Of a DNA stretch of 33,235 nucleotides, positions 11,588 to 19,533 are shown piece after piece (the first letter of the stretch is position 1; each line of letters starts with the position of its first letter). The stretch lies in the IMG/VR virus record IMGVR_UViG_3300036770_004485; one strand, 5' to 3'. The notes below the pieces were generated by a model that was not told the DNA's origin, searched no databases, and was given only the letters and a program-made list of their open reading frames with translations. A program made the translations under genes and the position numbers. This DNA is from a virus.

Positions 11588-13489
11588 TTATCTCGTTATC
11601 GATCCATTAGTAAAACTTGATGAAACTGAGTAGTTATATCCAGACTTGTCAGAACCTGATGAAATAGTATCTGGAACAACATTTATAACACTCTTACTTA
11701 TATCTAGTTGCAAAAATAAATCCTGTAATCCAATCACATCATTTGATTCTGGCACTGCTTGAATTTCAATTATTGAGATATCAGAATCAATGATTGAAGT
11801 GTTTACAATTCTAATTGGAGATAATAAAATCTCTCCCTTTTCATAATTTACGGTTCCAACATTTCTTCTGACAATAGATCCTTCTGTATCAGAAACTTTT
11901 CTGATTAAATTAATAATACCCGTTTTCAAATCAGAATTTGGAACATCTGTTAGAAAAACTTCGCCAGTGTAACCGTCTAAGAAAAATCCCGTGGTTTTTA
12001 TATTGTAACCCTGTACGTTGACATGAAATTTATTTCCAAAGCAAATTTCATAATCTGCAAATGAATTCAAAACAGGTCTCAAGTTACGACGCATTACAAC
12101 TTTAGTAATGTTCGAAGTAATAGCAGAACTTGTATTATCAATTATACTCAACAATTTACTATATTTGAGTCTTGAACCAAATTTATTAAGATCTGTAGAA
12201 TCTGCATATGTTTGTAAAGACTCTGAGACTTGAGTTTTGATGTAACTAGCACCTTCAGATTTGTTAGTGTTGTAATAAACATTTGAATTGATTTCTATGA
12301 ATAAGTAGTTCAAATCAATAATCTTTGGCATTATGCCAGCAACAGAGTAACTTTTCAGTTTTTGCTCTATATCAAATTTAATAAAATTTGATAGATAATT
12401 GCCATTCTTTGGTTTGACGCCAATAAAAACTCTTCCGTATTGTGGAGGAGATAAAGTTTCTCCACCAAAAACAACGGATGATTCTGTTTCTGGAAAAACT
12501 TTTTTAATTATGGATTCATAATCAGTCGCAGTTACTGCTCTATTTTGAGCAGCGTAGTTCTTAGGAGCATAATTGCGAATCGAATCCACAGATTCAATCT
12601 CACCGCCACCTGTTGACTCTTGAGTAAGAGAAATATCTGATACGCCAGTGGTTACGACTCGATCATTATTGTCAACTAATCGACCAGCAAAAGTGAAGTT
12701 TCTAATTCCATTCGCTTGAGATCCATTAGTTATGATATACGTTGCTGTAATATAGTTATTATTTTCTAGTCTATTTCCAAAAACACCATCTCCGAAAAGA
12801 ATTTCATATCTTTCATCGGCAACTTCTTGTAATAGATAGATTTTGGAATCTGGTCCAACATCGATGATGCTATCTACAAATTCATATTTTACTGAAGAAA
12901 TTGCATAATCAAAATCTTTTACTTTTACAATCAATGTAGAAGTATCAACATTTGAATTTGGTATGATAAATTTTTGATTCAGTTGAGATGTATTCACCGT
13001 AAAATTATTTTCTAAGTAAGTGCCTTCATAAATTTCAATATCATTGAAGAATGCAAGGTTATCAATGATATTAACAGTGATATCTTCGGGAATGCAGAAC
13101 GTATAGTTAGACCCTCCAAAACTGTCTGAGACCGCCACCAGACCCGCTCTAAGGGTCAATGTGTTAGGATTGGTGGTAAGAGACGATGTATCAACAAAAA
13201 AACTTACAGTTGCTTTTGATGCTTTTTTTGAAGATGGTAAATATCCAATATTTCTTGCAAGTGCTACAATGTTTTCTCTAAGAGTGGCACTATCGATAAA
13301 TCCTTCATTTGCCAACATATTGGCATTGTATGAAGAAATATATGTGTTATATGCTAAAACGTCAATTAGAACAGAGAAATTTGATCCCTCAAAATCAAAA
13401 TCTGTGAAATTAGAATTTGAACGCAGATAATCTTTTATCTGCGTTTTTATTTGATCAAAGTCTAGGTCTGAAAACTTTGTAAGTGGCAT
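11588..13489 (-). CDS. gp6: T4-like baseplate wedge subunit gp6
   Basis: 633 aa; LDFDQIK...FTDFDFEGSN.SVLIDVLAYNTY, FIDSATLRENIV, FGDGVFG and QNRAVTATDY motifs. Confidence 0.95.
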   Translation of the reverse strand: MPLTKFSDLDFDQIKTQIKDYLRSNSNFTDFDFEGSNFSVLIDVLAYNTYISSYNANMLANEGFIDSATLRENIVALARNIGYLPSSKKASKATVSFFVDTSSLTTNPNTLTLRAGLVAVSDSFGGSNYTFCIPEDITVNIIDNLAFFNDIEIYEGTYLENNFTVNTSQLNQKFIIPNSNVDTSTLIVKVKDFDYAISSVKYEFVDSIIDVGPDSKIYLLQEVADERYEILFGDGVFGNRLENNNYITATYIITNGSQANGIRNFTFAGRLVDNNDRVVTTGVSDISLTQESTGGGEIESVDSIRNYAPKNYAAQNRAVTATDYESIIKKVFPETESSVVFGGETLSPPQYGRVFIGVKPKNGNYLSNFIKFDIEQKLKSYSVAGIMPKIIDLNYLFIEINSNVYYNTNKSEGASYIKTQVSESLQTYADSTDLNKFGSRLKYSKLLSIIDNTSSAITSNITKVVMRRNLRPVLNSFADYEICFGNKFHVNVQGYNIKTTGFFLDGYTGEVFLTDVPNSDLKTGIINLIRKVSDTEGSIVRRNVGTVNYEKGEILLSPIRIVNTSIIDSDISIIEIQAVPESNDVIGLQDLFLQLDISKSVINVVPDTISSGSDKSGYNYSVSSSFTNGSITR

Positions 13490-13887
13490 TATCTTGTTGC
13501 CTGAAGAATGAAGTCTATTGCTTGTGGATTATTTGGTTGCCCAACAATGTAGTACGAAATCAAAACATTATATGCATTGTCATCGTATACTGGAGTCACT
13601 TCTACCGTATTCAAATATACTCTTGGTTCATAATTGTTGATCGTTGTTTCAATTTCCGATCTTATGACACTTGCAGTACCAATATCTAGAAGTTCAAATA
13701 AACTTCCACTAATTCTTGAACCAATATTAGGTTCAAAGAATCTTTCACCCAAGTTTGTGAGTACTAAATTACGAATCGAACGAGAAATTGCAGTCTCGTT
13801 CGTCAAAACAGTGACATCATTTGTAATAGGATGCCTCTGGAATGCTAGAGAAATGTCTTTGAATGACTTTGAAATAGCTTGAGGCAC
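13489..13887 (-). CDS. gp25: Baseplate wedge subunit gp25 (GPW/gp25 family)
   Basis: 132 aa, GTG start; FKDISL.F..HP.T.D, AI.RSIRNLVLT..GERFF.P..GS and I.NYEPRV motifs; TAATG overlap with gp6. Confidence 0.95.
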   Translation of the reverse strand: MPQAISKSFKDISLAFQRHPITNDVTVLTNETAISRSIRNLVLTNLGERFFEPNIGSRISGSLFELLDIGTASVIRSEIETTINNYEPRVYLNTVEVTPVYDDNAYNVLISYYIVGQPNNPQAIDFILQATR

Positions 13888-13909
13888 TATTTTTCAAAAA
13901 ATATCTAAC

Positions 13910-14170
13910 TTATTTAGAGTGGTTTGTCCAGGTTTCATCATGAGGAATGGGTTCAGTACCATAATCCCAGTCGTCATAATCTTCATCGTTACGAATTTCT
14001 TCTCTAGAACCATAGAAACTGTAACCATGACTAAAATGACTGCCCTCTAGAGGTTTCATAGGCACTTCAAGTGCCTTAATTTTCTCTTCCCAACCATATT
14101 CACTTGATAAAAATTGAGTTCCCCACTCTTTTTTCATGTAATTTTCGTCTTTATCCACCTTTTTGGTCAT
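13910..14170 (-). CDS. Acidic hypothetical protein
   Basis: 86-aa ORF filling the gap; D-rich C-terminus (DEDYDDWDYGTEPIP). Confidence 0.7.
   Translation of the reverse strand: MTKKVDKDENYMKKEWGTQFLSSEYGWEEKIKALEVPMKPLEGSHFSHGYSFYGSREEIRNDEDYDDWDYGTEPIPHDETWTNHSK
13911..13917 (-). promoter_or_regulatory. Probable T4-like late promoter (CTAAATA)
   Basis: CTAAATA 23 nt upstream of the gp25 start; resembles the gp55-type TATAAATA core. Confidence 0.6.
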
Positions 14171-14846
14171 TTTTTGCTCCTGATTCGTTAAAATCAGAAC
14201 TTTTTACGGGGTTGCTATCCCGAATTTTTGTAATTTCGTACATAAAATCGTCTGAAGTCTCAATTTTGCGACGATTTTCGACTGAATATTCGGTCAAATC
14301 GATTTCATACCCTGGATTTTTGGTAATTCTGTTCTTTGTCCATGCATCATCATACCAAAGTATCTTATTATTTGGGTAGGCATAGAAGTTTCCGTTATCC
14401 ATCTTGAAGAAATGAGCACATTTGTGTTCTGGAGTTTCACTGAAGTTAGTATTCAGAGTTGATTTTGACTCCCATGACCAATCAAGAGTAAACATATAAG
14501 TTCCTTCATTCTTTTCTCCACGATAATTAATCAGTTCTGCACGTAATCCCGCGAGACGAGCGCGGGTCTGAACATCAACATAAGGAGAAAAGCAGTCCCA
14601 CCACATGCACTCTTCTAATTCAGGAACTGGTGCATCAGGTTTCCAACAGAATGCATGAATCGGTCTTCGTGTCCAGTTGACACCATTCTCTAGAAACGCC
14701 TCAAAGAGGGGTACGTGCTTCTCTAAGGAGGCAACGGAATGTACGTCGCATAGAGTGACCTCTCCATGCCCTTTTTTATGATTATAGAGGAACTCATTAC
14801 GAATGTAACAAGTAATGGTAGGAAGATTGTGATTTAGATATGACAT
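14151..14846 (-). CDS. Conserved phage hypothetical protein
   Basis: 231 aa; WDCFSPY, YMFTLDW and EHKCAH...GNFYAYPNN motifs typical of a marine/freshwater phage family. Confidence 0.85.
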   Translation of the reverse strand: MSYLNHNLPTITCYIRNEFLYNHKKGHGEVTLCDVHSVASLEKHVPLFEAFLENGVNWTRRPIHAFCWKPDAPVPELEECMWWDCFSPYVDVQTRARLAGLRAELINYRGEKNEGTYMFTLDWSWESKSTLNTNFSETPEHKCAHFFKMDNGNFYAYPNNKILWYDDAWTKNRITKNPGYEIDLTEYSVENRRKIETSDDFMYEITKIRDSNPVKSSDFNESGAKNDQKGG

Positions 14847-14871
14847 AAAAAAAGCATGTATTGCTACATGC
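14847..14871 (-). terminator. Rho-independent terminator
   Basis: GCATGTA-GCAA-TACATGC followed by T7 on the minus strand. Confidence 0.75.
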
Positions 14872-14884
14872 TCATGAATATAAA

Positions 14885-15031
14885 CTATTTACCTTGTCCC
14901 CTATAAGGTTTCTTTGCCGAGTTACGAGAAGAGGCAGCATACTTGGTGTTTTTTCCATCACCTTGGCGAGTATTCTTGGGATGAGACTCAATCAGAGTCT
15001 TACCGGTCGGAGATTGCTTAAGTTTCGACAT
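14885..15031 (-). CDS. Small basic protein (48 aa), not in ORF track
   Basis: Manual translation MSKLKQSPTGKTLIESHPKNTRQGDGKNTKYAASSRNSAKKPYRGQGK; fills the gap after the glycosyltransferase. Confidence 0.8.
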   Translation of the reverse strand: MSKLKQSPTGKTLIESHPKNTRQGDGKNTKYAASSRNSAKKPYRGQGK

Positions 15032-15033
15032 AA

Positions 15034-15810
15034 TCAGATAATACGAGTTTTCTCATGACCCACACGAATCCGAGGGTCTACCCAGATATCAAATCCTGCG
15101 GCGATGGCATCGAGACAGAATGAGACATCTTCTCCGCACATATCCTGCACTTCTCCAGACTCAAACTGTTGCATCTTCGGAGCAAACCACGGATACTTCA
15201 TCTCAGAATGCTCAAACACTCCGTTCTTAATCAGCACCCAACCGAAACCAATATAATCGACTGTGAAGGGTTTGCGACGTTTGGAAATCGATTCCAGAGT
15301 CTCATGATTCATGACTCCACCATTCTTACGGAAGTCACCTTCCTCCAACCAGTGAGCACATGAAGTGGTTTGTCCATCTTCTGTACAATACCAACCAGAG
15401 ACAATCTCTTTCTCTGTACCATCTTCTGCAATCGCAAGATCGCACAATTGCCAGAACTTATTCGTGTCAAATACAATATCCGAATCAATCCAGAGTTGAT
15501 AATCATATTGCAGTTTACCATCCCAGGGAACCTGATCAGGACCGCGTAGTACATTTGCACCAAGACACTTACAACGTGCAAAGTTCACCATGGAAGAATA
15601 ATCTTGAGAGATCTGAATACTCATTCCATTCTGAACCATGTCAAAACAAAGTTGAACAAAGTTCTTCAGAAAGATGTAAGATACCCCACGACCAGGAAGA
15701 CAAAACACAATGCTCTTCCCACGCATTCTTTGTTTAATTGCATCAATATCAAACTCCTCAGTTTTCTGTATAGGAGGAGTTTTTGCTTTTACAGTAAATC
15801 CTTTTGACAT
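15034..15810 (-). CDS. GT-A fold (GT2-like) glycosyltransferase
   Basis: WIDSDIVF (DxD), GEDVSFC and VGHEK motifs; start moved to the ATG of MSKGFTVKAK. Confidence 0.75.
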   Translation of the reverse strand: MSKGFTVKAKTPPIQKTEEFDIDAIKQRMRGKSIVFCLPGRGVSYIFLKNFVQLCFDMVQNGMSIQISQDYSSMVNFARCKCLGANVLRGPDQVPWDGKLQYDYQLWIDSDIVFDTNKFWQLCDLAIAEDGTEKEIVSGWYCTEDGQTTSCAHWLEEGDFRKNGGVMNHETLESISKRRKPFTVDYIGFGWVLIKNGVFEHSEMKYPWFAPKMQQFESGEVQDMCGEDVSFCLDAIAAGFDIWVDPRIRVGHEKTRII

Positions 15811-15858
15811 AAGTTTGAATGACCTACAATTCAATTCTAACTTATTATATAGCGTTTG

Positions 15859-16059
15859 TCAATGAGACGAATCTAATGAAATCTCTTTGACATATTCGAC
15901 CTGTTCATAGGAAAGATCACTTACACTGTAATCTGTTTTCATGAGACCAACCATGTTTCTGATTGTTTCCCATTTGTTTTCAAAATCTTCCCTCTGAAGA
16001 TTATGAAATAGACATTTATCTTTTGCGTAGATATGAAATCTAAACTCTTTGGTAATCAT
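15859..16059 (-). CDS. Hypothetical protein
   Basis: 66-aa ORF overlapping the cupin stop region. Confidence 0.7.
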   Translation of the reverse strand: MITKEFRFHIYAKDKCLFHNLQREDFENKWETIRNMVGLMKTDYSVSDLSYEQVEYVKEISLDSSH

Positions 16060-16393
16060 CTTCGATTCTTACAATGTCTTCTTCGATGCACTGAGATCCT
16101 AATTGAACCTCTATTATAGTTATACCATTTTCATCTGCTCTGAGTCTGTGCTTCTGACCGCACTCAATTGTAAACGTGCTGTGAACCTTTGCAGAATATA
16201 CCTGGTCCTCAATGGTGACAAATCCCCCACCTTTTACAACTGTCCAATATTCTGAACGATGATGATGATACTGTAATGATAACTGCTGATTTGGTTTTAC
16301 GACTAACCTCTTCACCTTATAGAATTCCTCATCTAGAAGATTCTCATAGTGACCCCATGGGCGTTCAAATTTCTCCGGGGAATTTTTTTCCAT
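16040..16393 (-). CDS. Cupin, mannose-6-phosphate isomerase type II C-terminal-like
   Basis: ERPWG.Y, KVKRLVV.P...LSLQYHHHRSEYW.VV.G, HRL and IIEVQLG...EEDIVR.EDDY.R motifs. Confidence 0.9.
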   Translation of the reverse strand: MEKNSPEKFERPWGHYENLLDEEFYKVKRLVVKPNQQLSLQYHHHRSEYWTVVKGGGFVTIEDQVYSAKVHSTFTIECGQKHRLRADENGITIIEVQLGSQCIEEDIVRIEDDYQRV

Positions 16394-16623
16394 ACATGAA
16401 ACCTCTTCACACTTTTATATATCGCGGCGATTTTTTATTTCTCACTCGATTTGTCACCTCTGTAGGTTAGGGATGTTTTGATTTTTAATATAAGGAACGG
16501 CGATCGGGTTTATACGCCCCATCGCCGCCCGACGCCACCAACGCCCGCACAAATACACTGCCATTTCTAACAGCAACTGCCATCACATCACAGCACAACA
16601 CTGATGCTTACTGTGTCCCTCCT

Positions 16624-16652
16624 ATTATAACACCTCACAGGTCAACTGTCAA
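16624..16652 (-). promoter_or_regulatory. Consensus sigma70-type promoter
   Basis: TTGACA-17-TATAAT with extended TG; followed by ~225 nt lacking a convincing ORF. Confidence 0.85.
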
Positions 16653-16655
16653 GTC

Positions 16656-16844
16656 TTAGTGATACGCTGTCTCCCAGAGTGACTCTACATCAGCTGACAG
16701 ATCTTCCACAGTGACTGTCAACGACTCACCGCCGCCGATATCAAAGACCTTGTGAAAATCGATCTGCTGGACATCAAAGTCATCAAATACTTCAAAGTCC
16801 AATGTGACACGTAGGCGCTGTTTGTGTCCAGTGCAAGTGTTCAT
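16656..16844 (-). CDS. Hypothetical protein (62 aa)
   Basis: Start moved to MNTCTGHKQR, downstream of the promoter at 16869-16898. Confidence 0.7.
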   Translation of the reverse strand: MNTCTGHKQRLRVTLDFEVFDDFDVQQIDFHKVFDIGGGESLTVTVEDLSADVESLWETAYH

Positions 16845-16868
16845 GAGTTCCTGGTGATTGACCTTGTT

Positions 16869-16923
16869 ATTATATAACAGGTCTGGTGCATCTGTCAAGG
16901 TGTGACTGTCAGGGAACTGGTAC
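16869..16923 (-). promoter_or_regulatory. sigma70-type promoter with degenerate upstream palindrome
   Basis: GTACCAGTTCCCTGACAGTCAC then TTGACA-18-TATAAT. Confidence 0.75.
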
Positions 16924-16941
16924 AATCTGGCGGGGTGGGGG

Positions 16942-16970
16942 TTGACAACTGTGTCGTGTTATGTTATGCT
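16942..16970 (+). promoter_or_regulatory. Plus-strand sigma70-type promoter firing into the DnaA-box/iteron array
   Basis: TTGACA-17-TATGCT with extended TG; the only clear plus-strand promoter seen. Confidence 0.65.
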
Positions 16971-16988
16971 CGCTAAGATCACAAGACT

Positions 16989-17157
16989 CACAGGGTATAA
17001 AACAAGATCACAACAGTTTTCCACAGGGTATAACACAGATTTCACACATCTTTCTGACAGGTATAACAACAGTTTTCCACAGATTTACAACACTTTTCCA
17101 CAGATTGTGGAAAACGTTATAACAAATACATTTACATTATTAATTACATTTTTAATC
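16989..17157. repeat. Iterated units with four TTTTCCACA DnaA-type boxes and an AT-rich tract (candidate origin)
   Basis: TTTTCCACA at 17017-17025, 17073-17081 and 17094-17102, inverted copy at 17106-17114; three (C/G)ACAG(G)GTATAA units at ~33-bp period; AT-rich 17113-17157. Confidence 0.75.
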
Positions 17158-17346
17158 ATTTTTTACCTCTTTTTGAGTATAATTCACGTCATTCCAGTGC
17201 CTAACAGCATTAGAAACGATTGCAATGTTGGTAATCAGATAGGAGGAAAGAATCACGGTTCTGATGATAGCAACAATGTCTGCCTCTCTATCACATTTAC
17301 CTTTCTTTTCACCTAGAGCGTAACACCATAGTCTCCACAGATTCAT
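17152..17346 (-). CDS. Small probable membrane protein
   Basis: 64 aa; W..ALGEK...D.EAD..A.IRT followed by a hydrophobic stretch. Confidence 0.75.
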   Translation of the reverse strand: MNLWRLWCYALGEKKGKCDREADIVAIIRTVILSSYLITNIAIVSNAVRHWNDVNYTQKEVKND

Positions 17347-17564
17347 TCGTTACGTTGTCGAATAGAGGACAAAGGTGTGATCCGATTGTAGTCATCTGGG
17401 TACACGAGTAGACAACATCCACCGACACTATTCTCTGATTCACGAATACACACAGTAACATAAGATTCGCAAACAAATTGAATCTTTCCATAGAATGTAT
17501 CACCATTCTCTTTATCATACCTGACCTCTAATCCTTCATGAAAAGAGGAGTTTTTCAAGGGCAT
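17343..17564 (-). CDS. Hypothetical protein
   Basis: Likely start MPLKNSSFHEG; ATGA overlap with the next gene. Confidence 0.65.
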   Translation of the reverse strand: MPLKNSSFHEGLEVRYDKENGDTFYGKIQFVCESYVTVCIRESENSVGGCCLLVYPDDYNRITPLSSIRQRNE

Positions 17565-17847
17565 TTTGTCGGATTGGCATTGCTGAGAACGGACTGGTTT
17601 GGGTAACAACTTTTCCAGGGGTTTTGGGGTTGATTGGGGCATGAACTTCTCCTGTCTTTTTGTTTACGAATCCCCAGATTGTCTGAGTTGGTTTTCCTAA
17701 ATTGTAATCAAACTTTCGCTTGCAAACTAACCAAATAGCAATGAACTTTGCATTGAAGTCTTGTTCTGAATAGGAGTAATCTTGAGGAAGTTCAGTAACA
17801 TTCTTCCGAAGCAAGGCGTAAGCGGAAGAGTGGTTTTTCAAGGTCAT
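17536..17847 (-). CDS. Conserved cyanophage-type hypothetical protein
   Basis: IWL...FDYNLGKP..TIWGF...HAPIN motif; start uncertain. Confidence 0.7.
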   Translation of the reverse strand: MTLKNHSSAYALLRKNVTELPQDYSYSEQDFNAKFIAIWLVCKRKFDYNLGKPTQTIWGFVNKKTGEVHAPINPKTPGKVVTQTSPFSAMPIRQNALEKLLFS

Positions 17848-17932
17848 CAGTATAATTCTCCTCGATACATTCAATAATAGCATCCAGGTGCGATTTTGTC
17901 AATTCAAGTGTAAACAAAGTTTCGGTGTCCAT
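17792..17932 (-). CDS. Small acidic hypothetical protein (46 aa), not in ORF track
   Basis: Manual translation MDTETLFTLELTKSHLDAIIECIEENYTDDLEKPLFRLRLASEECY. Confidence 0.6.
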   Translation of the reverse strand: MDTETLFTLELTKSHLDAIIECIEENYTDDLEKPLFRLRLASEECY

Positions 17933-17937
17933 TTTAA

Positions 17938-18186
17938 TCAGTTCAGTTCACGAAGTTCGTTTTCAATACAGTTGAAGACTTCCTCATAGAGGTAATCATA
18001 ATCGTCTTCCACATTGTTGAGAACTTGCTCTGCAATCTCACGGGATTGTGTCACTTGTTCTCCATCTTCATTCATCACGAATACATCGGGATTGGTGAAG
18101 ATAAATGCAGCAACAGGAGCATCTGCACCCTGTTCGGCAATCATACGCTCGACAGATTCTTTGAGTTGTTGTAAAGTTCGTGCCAT
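17938..18186 (-). CDS. Hypothetical protein
   Basis: 82-aa ORF in an operon-like array. Confidence 0.8.
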   Translation of the reverse strand: MARTLQQLKESVERMIAEQGADAPVAAFIFTNPDVFVMNEDGEQVTQSREIAEQVLNNVEDDYDYLYEEVFNCIENELRELN

Positions 18187-18188
18187 GA

Positions 18189-18341
18189 TCAGTTCAGTTT
18201 CTCAAAGTTACGGACAACAATTTCACAGAGTTCATCTAAAACTTCATCGTTGAAGAAAATCTTTTCATCATCAACAAATGAAGCATAAGTGAGAATGTCC
18301 TGCTGGATTTGTTCGCGGACAGAAAGAAGTTGAGTGTTCAT
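18189..18341 (-). CDS. Small acidic hypothetical protein (50 aa), not in ORF track
   Basis: Manual translation MNTQLLSVREQIQQDILTYASF...LCEIVVRNFEKLN. Confidence 0.75.
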   Translation of the reverse strand: MNTQLLSVREQIQQDILTYASFVDDEKIFFNDEVLDELCEIVVRNFEKLN

Positions 18342-18370
18342 GATTCAGTAGTTAGAAACGGTTTGCAAAA

Positions 18371-18685
18371 TCATGCCAGACGCATACCTGAGAAGAACGG
18401 AATCGGAGCACCTGAGTAGTTAACAAACCACTCAAAGTTCTTGGCAAAGACTCGCTCACCTTCCATTCCGAAGGCACTCAGAATAGCATTGAGGCGAGAC
18501 TTTGTGGTGTGAGATTGCCAACCACCATCAAACAATTCGATCCAGGTTTCACCAATGCGAGCAATCAAATTGCCATGCAGATAGACATCAGAAACATTCG
18601 TGCAAGAGATAACTTCAGTGTTGGCAAGTTTGAAGTCTTGATTGTTTTTGATGGCGGCGATCATTTGGGATTCGATCTTACGCAT
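18371..18685 (-). CDS. Conserved phage early hypothetical protein
   Basis: 104 aa; VYLHGNLIA, GGWQS.TTKSRLNA motifs; first gene behind repeat unit R1. Confidence 0.85.
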   Translation of the reverse strand: MRKIESQMIAAIKNNQDFKLANTEVISCTNVSDVYLHGNLIARIGETWIELFDGGWQSHTTKSRLNAILSAFGMEGERVFAKNFEWFVNYSGAPIPFFSGMRLA

Positions 18686-18697
18686 GAGGTCCGTTTC

Positions 18698-18770
18698 GTT
18701 TGGTATGCTTTAGTATTGCACGGATTCGGGGATTCCACAAGGGGTCTTGTGCCACTTTGTCAACTGGCAC
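18698..18770 (-). promoter_or_regulatory. Repeated early-promoter unit R1
   Basis: GTGCCAGTTGACAAAGTGGCAC-8-TTGTGG-14-TGC-AATACT-AAAGCATACCAAAC. Confidence 0.85.
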
Positions 18771-18774
18771 ACCC

Positions 18775-18990
18775 TCAGTCTTCGTAGTCATTTTCCATGA
18801 CATAATCGCAATCCCACCCATACTGGTATGCCACATCTTTCTCGATCATGTTTAGATTTTGTTCGGTCATCTTCTCATTCAGAAGATCACCATTCTCATC
18901 GCAAAGTTCGCTCATCCAATAATCACAAAGCGTCTGATTTGTCTGTTCCAGATTGTTGATTGCGGTCTCAAATGCGGATTGAATGTTCAT
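18775..18990 (-). CDS. Hypothetical protein
   Basis: 71-aa acidic ORF. Confidence 0.75.
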   Translation of the reverse strand: MNIQSAFETAINNLEQTNQTLCDYWMSELCDENGDLLNEKMTEQNLNMIEKDVAYQYGWDCDYVMENDYED

Positions 18991-18999
18991 GATTAAGAT

Positions 19000-19230
19000 T
19001 CAGAAGTGTGCTTCGGAGGTATCAAGTTGATTGCTATACTTTGCGATGGCATCATAACACTTTTTCTTCATACCTTCATCACCATCGGCAACATAACCAT
19101 TCAGAAACTCAATAGCATAACGGATGCGAAGTTCAGGATGAGAGAGAATACGTTGACGCTCATTGTATGCTCGATTGTATGCAAACATTTCACGATCTTC
19201 AATGCTGACGGTGTGAAACTTGCGATTCAT
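19000..19230 (-). CDS. Hypothetical protein
   Basis: 76 aa; first gene behind R2, AAGGA upstream. Confidence 0.8.
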   Translation of the reverse strand: MNRKFHTVSIEDREMFAYNRAYNERQRILSHPELRIRYAIEFLNGYVADGDEGMKKKCYDAIAKYSNQLDTSEAHF

Positions 19231-19241
19231 TCAGTTCCTTT

Positions 19242-19313
19242 GTTTGGTATGCTTTAGTATTGCACAAAAAAGGTGCCAGTGGGGAGAATGGTGGACACTT
19301 TCCCAACTGGCAC
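19242..19313 (-). promoter_or_regulatory. Repeated early-promoter unit R2
   Basis: GTGCCAGTTGGGAAAGTGTCCAC...TGCAATACTAAAGCATACCAAAC; no TTG at the -35 position. Confidence 0.85.
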
Positions 19314-19321
19314 ATTGTTAC

Positions 19322-19468
19322 TCAGAACTCGATAGGTTGCAGAGTAGGATAACTCACCTCCGAAACATTCTCACTCACACTATCAGCAGCAAGTGCATCC
19401 AAGATAGAAAGAATCTCGTTGCCATTGTTGCCTTGTGCCAGAAGAGAAATCAGAACGGATTTGGACAT
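19322..19468 (-). CDS. Small hypothetical protein (48 aa)
   Basis: Likely start MSKSVLISLLAQGNNGNEILSILD. Confidence 0.7.
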   Translation of the reverse strand: MSKSVLISLLAQGNNGNEILSILDALAADSVSENVSEVSYPTLQPIEF

Positions 19469-19533
19469 GATGTAGTTAGAAACAAAAATGGAGAGTTTGA
19501 GTGTCTTTAGGGCGCATCTCATTCCCATGTCAT

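Noticed and set aside
16394-16620. tRNA or known riboswitch in the non-coding leader
   Set aside because: No cloverleaf, T-loop or riboswitch consensus that I could recognise; kept only as an unknown RNA candidate.
16942-17316. 124-aa plus-strand ORF over the DnaA-box region
   Set aside because: Begins at the TTG of a -35 box, translates the DNA repeats (FPQI twice) and overlaps a real minus-strand gene; a short peptide cannot be fully excluded.
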